Source of the DNA: Octopus vulgaris
Lineage: Eukaryota
DNA: 64,000 bases
Direction of reading: 5' to 3'
NCBI GenBank assembly: GCA_951406725.2
Contig: OX597820.1
Span: 63,550,001-63,614,000 of the forward strand
The notes beneath the pieces are model-generated. The model saw only the letters and a list, made by a program, of their open reading frames with translations. It made no database searches and was not told the origin of the DNA. Position numbers and translations under genes: made by a program. Shown here one piece after another: positions 24,306 through 38,163 of this stretch. The number at the start of each line of letters is the position of its first letter. Position 1 is the first letter of the stretch.

Positions 24306-27300
24306 ATATCTATCTATCTATCTATATATATATATTTATATACACACATATATATATATATATACATATCAACATACATTCATATATGTATATGTAATAT
24401 ATATATATATACATACACACACACAGACATACATTCATAGATATGTACATACATACATACATACATACATACATACATACATACATACATGCATGCATAC
24501 ATACGCACGTACGGACGTGCGTATGTATGCATGTTTTGTGGAGAGAAATCTACATATACCGGTGTAAAGAATGAAAATCTTCTCGTATGTACCGTTGCAA
24601 TGATATCTCTAAAACTCGCTTGCACATGCAATGAATTAGTCTATTATTTTTATATCTTTATGCATGGAAAATATCTAATATTTGGATTTAGAATAGTACG
24701 ACGCATTTTTTGACGAGAACAACGTAATTGTTCATATAACATTGCTGAACAGATGATGATCGTACCATAATATACGAAATGGGTTTTCTAAGAAGTAAAC
24801 GGAAATTATAAAATCTTCTAGCATCAGTCTATATTGAATTTATTTTAGCAATGGTGGTGGTGGTACCGAGTGGCTTCCTCGATGAATTCGGTGGGAGTCA
24901 TTAAAATCACATATACTTCTAAACTTAAAATTTAATGTCTTTTCCAAATACACATCCCTGGTGGTAATGCTTTTTGATTGAACTTCCATAGAATAACCGC
25001 CGATCTTTCTCACTTGGTTTCGTTCTGTCTGTTTGTCTGTCTGTCTGTTGGTCTGTATGTCTATCCGTCTCTCTCTCCCTATATCCGTTTATCTATTACT
25101 ATATACATACACACACAAGAACACACTTATATAAATATATATATCATTCCCACTCTTTATCACTCACTATTTCTTCTTTGCTATTACAGATAAACTGAAA
25201 TTGGAGAAATCCAGATAGTTATGAGAGCGAAGTGACAAAAATGATAGACGAGCGAAAATGTTTGTTGTATTACAAGAAGAGTAACTAAAATCGTAACCTC
25301 GAGACACTTTTACATATTTCAAAGTAAAATAAATTCTTAGATAAAAAGAAACGATTTCTAGGAAACATTAAGCCTTTGGGAGATATTAAAACATTCAGAA
25401 AGCTATTCCCATTAAACATAGAAACAGTATTACAGTAATACTGTGACATGAAGCCGATAATATATTATTACTACATGCTGTTGGTTAAACTGAAAGTTCG
25501 ATATATCTTATTTTTCTGTTGATGTTATGCACGAGTGAAATATTCTTCGACAAGATTAGTAATCCATATTCACACTAAAACGAAACATGCTCGATATCCA
25601 TTGCGCGCCATATTCAACATATATCTTTTACTATGGTTTCATGTCTCCTATGATAGAATTATACTCGTACATGGTTTGAACGAAAATATATCGCAGGCTT
25701 GCTGAATGCAGTGCACCTATACCCGGGTGGGTGTAGATGCAATCTAGTTTAACATTATTCCCCAAACAGTATTTGCATACGTGTAGCATGTTCCATTCCG
25801 TCTCGAGCTTTGTGGCAGTATATTGCCTCTGCATTTCTCCACTCTTGTGTTTTTCTCCACTCTTGTAAATGCTAACTGGCACTGCCTTTGTTCACTTAAA
25901 TAATTCAAAAACTGCCATAGCGTAGATGTTAATGTCAAATATGTGTAGCTATAAATTAATGAGAAATTTTCTGCATAGGAATTTAGTCCGCTATGTAATA
26001 ACATTTATGAAAGCGTGGTACCTATGAAAGGTCTAGCAGGCAATATGAAACTTCGATGCAATTTCAACAGGCCACAATATTCTGTAAATGTATATCCTGT
26101 ATAATGTTTTATCACTAGATTGGTGACTGTAATGAAACTATTCACATTATACTGATGCTATTAAAATAAAAACGAAATTGTTTGGAGACCCATTCCATAC
26201 TTAACAGAAAAATTTGTACATTATATTCACAGTTTCTTTTTCTGAGCATGTAAATATTTTTTACTTGGAAAGTGATACATCATGTATTAAATAAGTAAAT
26301 ATTACAATAATTTCTATGATTTTTATGGATTGTTGTCCTTCAGGAAAGTTTCTTCTATAAATGCTCCTAACTTATTTGCTGACCTGTGAAAAATATGATA
26401 CATTCACATTGGTATAATCCCTCATCAGTACTTAGGTGAGTAGATTCATATCGTGCTTTGCTGATGAGATTATGATAGAGCGAATGATTATAATAGAGCT
26501 GTTATCTCACTTTCTTGAAAACAAAATCATTTCAGATATTGATGGACATTGCTTTCCTCCTCAACGTAAATTTATTTGTAACTAACTTTTTAATCCCTCG
26601 TTGCCTTAGATATCTTCACTCAAACTTGAACGTTGTGCAGTAAATGTGCATATGACATTCACAAATTGGATATAAACGAAGGTTGCCGAGTAGTATTTTT
26701 GTCAAATAGCATCTTCCATTCTATAATGAATGTTAACTAATAGCACTTTACATTTGAACATAAACTGGATTTATGTTAAGGATGCATTGGCAATATTTCT
26801 GTCATAATAAGGGCGCGCCTGTTTTCCTATTTAGCCCTGCAAACTCGTCATTATTTATGGTGCAGCTAATGCGTTTAACATAAATATATTTTTTTTACAG
26901 CAGTGTTTACTTGTTGAGGGCTGTTTGGGTTAAATTTATTGAAAATGAATATTGCACATGCCAGTACGAAGTGAGAAATGCATTGTTTTAAGCTTATGAA
27001 TTCGATCTAAATTCAGAGCCCAAGCGGATAGAAATGACTGCAAAACGTACCGCAAATCATATACTACAGTCTTGCAAATGTAATTATAGGAGGAAAATAT
27101 GATTATCGAATGTCTTTCATTATTGGTTTGATAATTCGGGTGACATAACGTTAAGCAATAAAAAATATTTCCTGAACTCACCTTATCTGAATCCGAGGAA
27201 TATGTCACAGAAAAATATTGCTACGGGAATAAAAAAAAGGGGGGAAAGATATCAAAGGTAAACGGGCCAGAAAAATATGTTACATATAAAAAGGCATAGG

Positions 27301-27474
27301 GAAAAAATATATCATAGGTAGAAAAACTGAGGCGGAAAATGTTTTAGGAAAAAGTAAATGTTTCTTCAATTTCATTGTTATATTTGAAAAATACAATAAA
27401 GCGTCATTCTTTTGCCTTGCATTTAAATGCAGGTTTTTAAGTTTATCTACCTGTATGTATGTCTGTGTATCTAC

Positions 27475-27553
<79 letters not shown>

Positions 27554-28746
27554 GCTGTTTGTCTCTCAATTTAGCTTTCAATACATTAGTTATACACGCA
27601 CACACAAACACACACTTTTTCGAACGACGAATGAAACAAATGCAGATTTTTTTAAATGTATTCTCTTTTCATTTTGTTCATATTTTCTCGATGTCCTGCA
27701 AAAATATATGCATGTATATATACATATATATGTAGGTATGTACATATATATATATATGCATGCATATATATACCGTTTGTTTTTTACTGTTTTGTTCTTA
27801 CTGTCCTGTTTTTGTTACCACTATATCCCTCCGCATATCCCAAATTTTATTTAATATGCTTTGCGGGAACGACTGTTTTAACGAAGTCGCTTCTTGTCCA
27901 TACGTTCGAAACGCGGAATAGATAAAACAGGGGACAACTGATGAAAGGATTGTTCTTTATGTTGCCTGTCTCGTTTCTCTATTTAATTGTCTCGTTGTTC
28001 GAAAAAAAGTTCGTATTCCATGTTTTTGTTTTTTCATCGCGTTTTTCATTTTGTTCATATTTTGTTGACGTGCTGTACCCATATATGCATATATATATAT
28101 CTGTAGAATAATATGTGACAATTATTCAATAGTCAAAGATAAAACTCTGAGTGTTTCTGATGCCGAAGTGGAAATCCACAACACCATCTCTTCGGTTATC
28201 TGGCCATCTGAAAACGCTATGAAAAAATACCGTTATATAAAGGGAAATTACTGTGTTATAATTCATCTACTTATATTAATTAAGATTAAAAGTCCATAGC
28301 AAACACGTAAGCATGGCTACTCATACGCTCACGTGGGTGCTCGCGCACCCACGTGCGTACTTATACGTCACCATGAAAACGTACACATCTTCACTCGAAT
28401 ATTTCGCCAAAAGTATATGCATATATATATACAAACTTATAGACACACATGCGTACCGTAAAAGTTCATACATACGTCTGTATACGCACAAGCACAAGAA
28501 AAAACATGGTTAAAGGTAACAATACAGAAAAAACAATAATACAGAAAAAACATAAGGAAGTATACAAAGCGTAAAAACCATGTTCATATACGGACATGCC
28601 CTTATACACTCATACACACACACGTCCATATATGTACATACCCGCACATGTTTATATACGCATACACACACCCGCATACACAAAAAAATGAATTATACAT
28701 ATGCCCCAAAAACCCGAAAAAATTGTAAAGATACTTATTAAAAACG

Positions 28747-28789
<43 letters not shown>

Positions 28790-29519
28790 TTATGCCCGCA
28801 CACACGCACACATCTATATACATACACACCCGCCCACTCATATATATTCACACACGTGTACAAATAAATCAATATACTCGTCTATATAGGCACAGGAAAA
28901 GATGCAGGATGGAAGAGTAGAGAAAAAAATATGTGTGAAAATATAAACATATATGAAATAATAAAAGGTATAATGAGATAAAAAAAACTTTTTGGGACAT
29001 AATATAGAAAGCAAGTTCTATCTGTATTCTTAGGGGGACCAAAAACGTAACAAAAATGTCGTCACATGTGAGCATGATCCGAAAGGTTCTGTCCTTGAGT
29101 TTAGACATGTAGTAGGGTCTAAGCTGCTTTTCCAGATAAGCCATCTCTCTATGTGACATAGACCGTACTTTCCACTGCCGTTTGTCAACCACAACACCTA
29201 GGAAACAAAAGCACAAGAATACCCCGCTTGGATAAACTGCACCAACACAGGTGCCACCACAGAACAGGATTGCAAGCGCACAACAAAACGCAAACTACGA
29301 AAGACAGGAGCCGATTCCTTTCCTCCCAAGAGATTAACAGTGACCAAACTGTGGTAGACCGCCCGAGTATGTATCGGAGCTATTAACCTCAGCCGTACAC
29401 ACGGTGCCCAATTTTTTCACATGTGGTATTTGGTCATACTTCAGCAACGACGGACTAACTAATAAAATATATATACATATACTATATGTGTGGTTGCTTG
29501 TAAAATAAGTGTGTGTGTG

Positions 29520-29670
29520 TGTATTGTAAGAAGCTTTCTTCCCAAGAACATAGGTCCTGATTCAGTCCAACTGCGTAGTACTAGTATTTTCTACTATAGC
29601 CCCAAACCTATCAAAGCATCGTGAGGGGATTTGGTACGCGGAAGCAGAAAGAAGCCCATCGGATAAATAT
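29520..29670 (+). mobile_element. Degenerate 5' half of SINE family A
   Basis: gtaagaagctttcttcccaa...ttcagtcc.actgcgt...ttctactatagcc...gaaagaagccc. Confidence 0.7.
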
Positions 29671-29784
29671 GTATGTATATACATGCATATATATATATAT
29701 ATTTGTGCGTACTTGTATATATGTATGTATGTATGTGTATATATATATATATATATATACAGAGAGAGAGAGGGAGGGAAAGAA

Positions 29785-29828
<44 letters not shown>

Positions 29829-31319
29829 GTAGATAAAATTATCAAAGAGGACAATAAACGTTAAGGCAAGACATATCTTAAATCATATACGTTATCATTT
29901 TTGAAAAGTTTGAAAGTCTTACACCTGTTTATGGGATATTCCGTCATCGCAGAAAAATAAGAAAAATGTGAAGGGTATAGATTAATGAAACGATGACATA
30001 GAAGACATGAGAAAAGAAATAAAGAAATGAAGAAAAAAAAAGGAAAAAAGTATAAGATATACTAGTTCAACTTTCCGATTGTGTAGATGTTAGTCCATAA
30101 GTCTTTAAGTGAAATCCAGTGTAAATCCATGTATGGTTATAACCTTAATAATGCAAAATAGTGTAAATAATGCCCTTTTACTAATTCGTCCGAAATCAGA
30201 TTTCGTGTGGCAGATGCGTCTTATAGAGGGTTTCGTTAAGAGGTCTGGTTTATGGTCCTTAAGATTGATGTGTGGGGCTCCTGGTTGTAGGGCTCCGTGC
30301 GGTCGTCGACTTCGAACGTATTTACAAGTCTCTAACTAACCATCATGGAACAGATAGCTGCAACTGCAGATCTGGTACCGACTGCCCGCTGCAAGCCCAA
30401 TGTAGAAGATTTAACGTGGTATACCAATGCACAATCTGCAACATATTAAATTATACCAATAGCTACTATAACGTATCAACCACTAAATTTAAACAAATAT
30501 ATTCTTGACATCTAAACTCATTTAAATATAAAGAGCATAGCAATTCCACATCACTAGCCAGTCACATACACCATCTTAATTAATAGAAAAATACAATATA
30601 GGTTATCCTGGGCTATAATAGATTCTGGCATCCCATATCAGACCCAGCACCGCTCCACATGAAGACTGAAAATTTTAACCCATAACTCATCACAATTGCT
30701 TAACAAGCGCAGGAGAATCCTTCGCAACGTTTACACAGAAATTCTTCCGCGCTATTAAATTATTCCATGAATCCAAATTCACCACACATAACACTCACAC
30801 ACATACCTCCATGATACCCTTGTATATCTTTTCTATCTACTTCAGTTTCTTACAAGATAACTGTGAATTCATTAAATTATTTTTAAACCTTACCCTACTA
30901 AATCTCCTAATAATTAGTTGTAACTCATATTCCTAAATAATTTAACATTCATCTGGTTTCTCCATTCACAACTTCCTAGACATTCATTCATACCTCCGTA
31001 GCTAAAACTATTTCTACAGCCATTGACCTTAGATATACAACGGACACAAACACTAATAGGTTTCCTCCCCAACCCCTACAAACTAGAAGAATAGCACTGG
31101 CACATTCTATTCTCTTTCAATCCCTTCATCTTTATTTTGTTTTGTTTCATACGTTATTTGCCTTTACCTCTTCCTCTCTCTTTATTTCCCCTTATATATT
31201 TACTTATTTATCTTGTTTATTTTTCTACGTTATCCCTAATTTTATCCTTCATACCAATCCTTGTTTTCCCTCTACAATTTCTGAACATTCTGCTTCACCA
31301 CTAATAACTTCCTCCCTTT

Positions 31320-31740
31320 CTCTTTTACTCTTTTACGCTTTTACGTGTTTCAGTTATTTGACAGTGGCCATGCTGGAGCACCATCTTTAGTCGCGCAAAT
31401 CGACCCCAGGACTTATTCTTTGTAATTCTAATACTTATTCTATCGGTCTCTTTTGCCGAACCGCTAAGTTACGGGACGTAAACACACCAGCATCGGCTGT
31501 CAAGCGATGCTGGGGGTACAAACACAGACACACAAACATATACACACACACGCGCATATATATATATATATATATATACGACGGGCTTCTTTCAGTTTCC
31601 GTCTACCAAATCCACTCACAAGACTTTGGTCAACCCGAGGCTATAGTAGAAGACACTTGCCCAAGGTGCCACGCAGTGAGACTGAACCCGGAACCATGTG
31701 GTTGGTAAGCAAGCTACTTACTACACAGCCACTCCTACTA
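31320..31740 (-). mobile_element. Full-length SINE family A
   Basis: Reverse complement of family A from tail to head (cacagccactcct). Confidence 0.9.
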
Positions 31741-32087
31741 CTATGTATATATAAGGGACAATAAGGAGAGAGGAAGAGGTAAAGGCAAATAAAGTAAGAA
31801 AACAAAATTGAGTAAGATAAAGGGATTCAAAGAGAATAGTAGATGCCAGTGATATTCTTCTAGTTTGGGAGGAAACCTATTAGTGTTTGTGCCTATTTAT
31901 TTTTGTATCCCTTAATAGCCAACTCCGCTACCATTCTCTTACAAAACTACGATATGTTCGCGTTTACCTCTGGATATTTACGCCAAATTTACACTGCGAA
32001 GGCTATAACCATACATGGCTTTACACAGGATTGCACTTTAGGACTTATCGACTGACAACTACACTATCAGAAATTTGAACTCTTTCT

Positions 32088-32235
32088 CTTTTTCTCTTTT
32101 TTCTCTTTTACTTGTTTCAGTCATTTAACTGCGGCCATGCTGGAGCACCGCCTTTAGTCGAGCAAATCGACCCCAGGACTTATTCTTTGCAAGTACTTAT
32201 TCTATCGGTCTCTTTTGCCGAACCGCTAAGTGACG
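32088..32235 (-). mobile_element. 5'-truncated SINE family A (3' part) inserted in the PLE pseudo-LTR
   Basis: cttgtttcagtcatttaactgcggccatgctggagcaccgcctttagtcgagcaaatcgacc. This segment is absent from the inverted pLTR copy at ~30050. Confidence 0.85.
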
Positions 32236-33943
32236 AGAATATTTATGCATCTTTTTTTTTCTCCATTTCTGTATTACTTTTCTCCTGACCTCTATGTCAT
32301 CGTTTCATTAATCTATACTCTTCACATTTTCTGTATTTGTCTCCGATGACGCAGTATAACATACATTGAGATATCCCAGAAACAGTTGTAGGACTATGAG
32401 TTTTTTCTGCTAGTAATAACGTATATAACCATATATGTTTATTTTGCTTTAGCGTGCGTGTGCGTGTGTGTATTTCTTTTAAATCCAGGGTAACCCGGAA
32501 TAGTTCTTATCTTACCTTACCTAAAAACAAACAAAAAAAAATGCAAACACTATCAAACCGGCGCATATACAGGTATACCTTAAGCTCCCATCCAGTTATC
32601 TTTAATAGATGTTGTTTCCTATAGCGTTTTGTTACGCATTGCCCGGTAAGGTACATTATATTCTGTAATTTCACCACAAGAATTAGCTTAATCATAGTCC
32701 GAAATATACCGCATTGCATCCTGTTGCTCGGCGAAGGCTTCTTCGAAATGCAGAGTAGAGCCTCCTTTATTTTACTAACAACACCAGCCAGTAACTGTAT
32801 ATTCCTGCGATTATGGTGTATTTCTCTATCGTATCATTTGGAAGGTTTGTCATAAATACGGATGACACACGTTTTTTGTTCATGCATTTATTTATTTATT
32901 TATTTATTTATTCATTTGTTATTGGCAGGGAATATCCGGGTTTTGCTTCCTTCTTATTATAGAATACAAAATGTCGGCCAGCGATCCACAGAAATTCACC
33001 ATCAGTAGAGAAATTCAAACACATTCCACATGATTTATATGCTTATAAAATGCATGCAGTACAATGCATGCAGAACAATGCCTAGCAGTAGAAGAAGATA
33101 AAGAAGAAAAATATTAATACGTATAAACACGCTCACAGGAAGTTTGGGTTATCTACCCATATTAGTTTATCCCCTATTAGTTCACTTGACTAGTATATCT
33201 TTACTGCTCAAACGTGTTAGGCTGTATTGCATCCTTCATCCTTTGTCTGACAAAGTACTTTATAATATGTCCCTTCGTCAACAGAAGCGCTTTCGTTGCA
33301 GATAGAAGACAACCAGTTCCATTTCCCGTCTCCTGATGAAGGAGCTTTGCAGGAAATGATGAAGAAAGCCAAATATATTTTCCTTACTACAAGGCCAATT
33401 ATGTTTTGTGTATTTTTTCCTTTGTATTCGTGTTTAGTTTCTGACAGCTTTTCTAGATACATACATACATACATACATGCATATATACATACATACATAT
33501 ACATACACACACATGATTATATATATATATATATATACATATATGCAACCATACACACAGAGGAAAAATATATGTTTCTGTATGAATTATCGATGCATAC
33601 ATTATATATGTGTGTATCATTATTAGTGAGTTTGTATGAATATTTTGAATGTATATACATGAATGCACATCAACACACATTAAAACACATTGTAATGCCA
33701 TAATGCACAATTTACATCCACCTAACCAACAAATACTTTCTTAATGTACTAAATATATTGACTTTTTACATTTCATTTGATCTTTTTAATCAACAAATAT
33801 TATTGTTCAAAGTGTAAAACCTTTAAAGTGTCTATTATTTTTGTATCGAATGAATAGTTGAAAGCTTTGACAAGTTGTACGTCTAAAACTCTAAAACTCT
33901 AAGACATCTGTAGACAATAATTCCTCTAGACCGAAAATACAAG

Positions 33944-33974
<31 letters not shown>

Positions 33975-33986
33975 CCTAAAATACAA

Positions 33987-34021
<35 letters not shown>

Positions 34022-34558
34022 CGTGTGTATGTGTGTGTGTGCGTGTGTGTATACGTGTGTGTGTGTGTGTGTTAGTGTGTCTGAGGGTGAGTGTGCCTGT
34101 TTGTATATGTATATTTATACTTACACGTATATATGTTTGTACGTATATATGGCTTGATACGGGTGTAAATACACGCCCCCACCAAATACACACACCCACA
34201 AACACACAAATATGTCTATATACATATGTATATATATATAACTTCGATGAAGTGATGTAATCAAAATATTTTATATGACACGCAATTAATCTTACAACAG
34301 AAACTCAATAAGGAAATGATGTGAGTAACATGAATATATAGTTCTGAATGAATCCTCTTACACCTGAATCCGCGCGTGCGCAAAAATGTACATACAGGAC
34401 CATACATACATGGGGAGGGATCGGTCCCACTGAGTGGAACTTTGGACGAGGGTCGTCTACAATTGTGATATGTATACCTCCACGTACACACACATATAAA
34501 TTCATATATTCATGTATATTTATATGTATAAATGTATAAACGTCTAAATGTATAAATG

Positions 34559-34636
<78 letters not shown>

Positions 34637-34880
34637 TATTTAAAACACTACTTAGTCTCAGTTAAGTTAGAAGTGAAAATTGATTTGTAGCGGACCTATC
34701 GAACACATATCTATCTCTGTATTCTCTCACTACATATGCTTCTTGCCCTAAGCAAGTCTAGTGGTGTGTACCAATACCATTTTAATTTGACCATTTCCTC
34801 TTTGTATATGCATACGACTGTAGCAAAAGCCTGTTCATAATGTGCATCTTTGCTGCAAGTGGTCACACATCAATCTAGCC

Positions 34881-34963
34881 CAGTGCCCCCCTAACCTGGG
34901 TCCCGCGAACCACTGGAGGTTCGCAAAGGTAGTACTAAGGTTCCGTGAACTAAATACAAAATT

Positions 34964-35018
<55 letters not shown>

Positions 35019-35880
35019 TTGAGTTGTGGGGTATCGCACGAGTGGGATTATATAAGAAAAAAGGTTTGAAAATGCAATTTAAACGATGTTTATTTACTTA
35101 ACCGGTTTCACTCTTTGGTAAAAGATTGTCAAAAGTTACATTTAAGGAAACATTGAATAATATGGGTTCAAAAAAAGTTTTTTACATAATTGTCACATTG
35201 GATATTATGAATTCAAAAATGTTTTTTTATACATAATTGTCACATTACATGTATAAATATAGTGTTGGGTAACAGAGAAGTTCAATAGTGTGATGAGAAT
35301 ATTTGGGAAAATTTGGCAGAAAAGGATAAAACAAATATATTATTGGGAATTGGTTGCGTTAATTATTGGTTGTCGCAAATTGTCACATTACATGTATATA
35401 TATACAATCTTTGGTATATATATACAGCGTTTTGACAGCAAAAATTAAAATGGATTTTTTGTACATCTCAGAATATTTTAAGTATGTTTTTACTGACCTG
35501 TCAGTATTAGCAGGAAGGCTGAACTGAGAGAACAGAAGAAGTAGCCAATGTGGTGTATACTTCCCCTTTATGCATGAATGATTTTGGGGTTATCAGGAGG
35601 TTAGTATGCGGGTGTGAATAGATGTGTCCGTGCCTGCTGGTCAGATAGCGTCTGTTTGTCACACACATATATATACACACAAACATACACACACACAACA
35701 ACACACACACACACACACACATAGTATACAAACACACACCACATACAAACAACACACACACACACAGAACACACACACCCACACACAACGCACCCACATA
35801 TATCACATATACACACAGCACACAAATATAACATGTATCTATATATAACATACACAGATATATAACACACATACACACAC

Positions 35881-35917
<37 letters not shown>

Positions 35918-36727
35918 CACACGCACACATACATACATAATATAAATATCACACAAATACACCTAGCATATATATACACACATACAATACACACATACAG
36001 CATGTAAGTAATATACATACACAATATATGCATGCAATATACATACGCAATACATACATATAATATATATATATATAGACAATGCATATACATATATAGA
36101 CATATACATATAAATAGTGTTTACATACACATACATAGATGTACCACATATACACACAACACACATACATACAATGCATACACATACACGTACGCATACA
36201 TATAATATATATCTACACACACACACACACATAACATACATACACACACAATGCATACATATATATACACGCAATGCATATACATGTATTCATGCATATA
36301 TAGCACACCTACAATATACATATATACAGTGCACACATACACACAAATATATACACTTAATTGTACACGTACATATACAATACACATACATACAATATAC
36401 ATATACACAATGCGCATGCAAATAATGTACATCTTTATACACACATAAACATGCAAATAAATATACACACACACACATACACACACACACATATATATAC
36501 ACATATATATATATATATATATACACACATACATACATACATACATGCACATACATATATTTTTTCACACACATACACACACATATATATATATAAAAAA
36601 TTCACCACCCCCCACACACACAAATTACAAACCTATAGCGTACACACTCAAATATATCTCTACATGCCGCACACACACACAAACAAAGTACTAACATATA
36701 CACACATACCATGCATATACACACACA

Positions 36728-36771
<44 letters not shown>

Positions 36772-37073
36772 GATACATATGTAAATACATACACACGTAC
36801 ACAATGCTCACACACACACACACACATACACACACCCACACACACAATGCACACACACACACACATATATACACACGTGCACACACACACACACACACAC
36901 AACGCGCGCACACACACATATACACACACACGCACACAGTGCACACACACACACACACACACACACACAACACTCACACACATACATCACCTACATATAT
37001 ATAATGCATGCGTGTGCATTGACCGCACACACGCATGCATTATATATATGTAGGTGATGTATGTGTGTGAGTG

Positions 37074-37105
<32 letters not shown>

Positions 37106-37203
37106 ACTGTGTGCGTGTGTGTGTATATGTGTGTGTGCGCGTGTGTGTGTGTGTGTGTGTGTGCACGTGTGTATATATGTGTGTGTGTGTGTGCACTGTG
37201 TGC

Positions 37204-37253
<50 letters not shown>

Positions 37254-37274
37254 ATTTACATATGTATCTGTTTT

Positions 37275-37309
<35 letters not shown>

Positions 37310-37503
37310 TGTGTGTGTGTATATGCATGGTATGTGTGTATATGTTAGTACTTTGTTTGTGTGTGTGTGTGCATGTAGAGATATATTTGAGTGTGTACGC
37401 TATAGGTTTGTAATTTGTGTGTGTGGGGGGGTGAATTTTTTATATATATATATGTGTGTGTATGTGTGTGAAAAAATATATGTATGTGCATGTATGTATG
37501 TAT

Positions 37504-37535
<32 letters not shown>

Positions 37536-38105
37536 GTGTATATATATGTGTGTGTGTGTATGTGTGTGTGTGTATATTTATTTGCATGTTTATGTGTGTA
37601 TAAAGATGTACATTATTTGCATGCGCATTGTGTATATGTATATTGTATGTATGTGTATTGTATATGTACGTGTACAATTAAGTGTATATATTTGTGTGTA
37701 TGTGTGCACTGTATATATGTATATTGTAGGTGTGTTATATATGCATGAATACATGTATATGCATTGCGTGTATATATATGTATGCATTGTGTGTGTATGT
37801 ATGTTATGTGTGTGTGTGTGTAGATATATATTATATGTATGCGTACGTGTATGTGTATGCATTGTATGTATGTGTGTTGTGTGTATATGTGGTACATCTA
37901 TGTATGTGTATGTAAACACTATTTATATGTATATGTTTATATATGTATATGCATTGTCTATATATATATATATTATATGTATGTATTGCGTATGTATATT
38001 GCATGCATATATTGTGTATGTATATTACTTACATGTGTATGTGTGTATTGTATGTGTGTATATATATGCTAGGTGTATTTGTGTGATATTTATATTATGT
38101 ATGTA

Positions 38106-38163
<58 letters not shown>

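Larger units (their letters stand above)
29850..32450 (+). mobile_element. Decayed Penelope-like element (Naiad-type GIY-YIG) flanked by inverted pseudo-LTR copies, with nested SINEs
   Basis: 30355-30760 reads SCNCRSGTDCPLQAQCRRFNVVYQCTI...FKQIYS*HLNSFKYKEHSNSTSLASHIHHL...LLNKR. 29850-30180 is an inverted copy of 31980-32450. Both copies carry a degenerate hammerhead-like (c/g)cgatgacg...atatcc..aaacag.tgta motif. Confidence 0.8.

Noticed and set aside
26440-26860. Possible very old plus-strand LINE RT fragment (FLENKIISDIDGHCF)
   Set aside because: Only one weak motif, and no diagnostic RT motifs could be recovered.
28869-29460. ORF with a REMAYLEKQL motif reminiscent of a PLE endonuclease C-terminus
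   Set aside because: No upstream GIY-YIG motifs were found, so it is too weak to call.
30355-30405. Selenocysteine codons in the PLE Cys motif, as reported for some Naiads
   Set aside because: All four positions are TGC or TGT, and I could not identify a SECIS.
35165-35395. Three spaced copies of aattgtcacatt resembling a CRISPR-like array
   Set aside because: Spacing is irregular, the first two copies are a simple ~47 bp tandem duplication, the context is eukaryotic and there are no cas genes.
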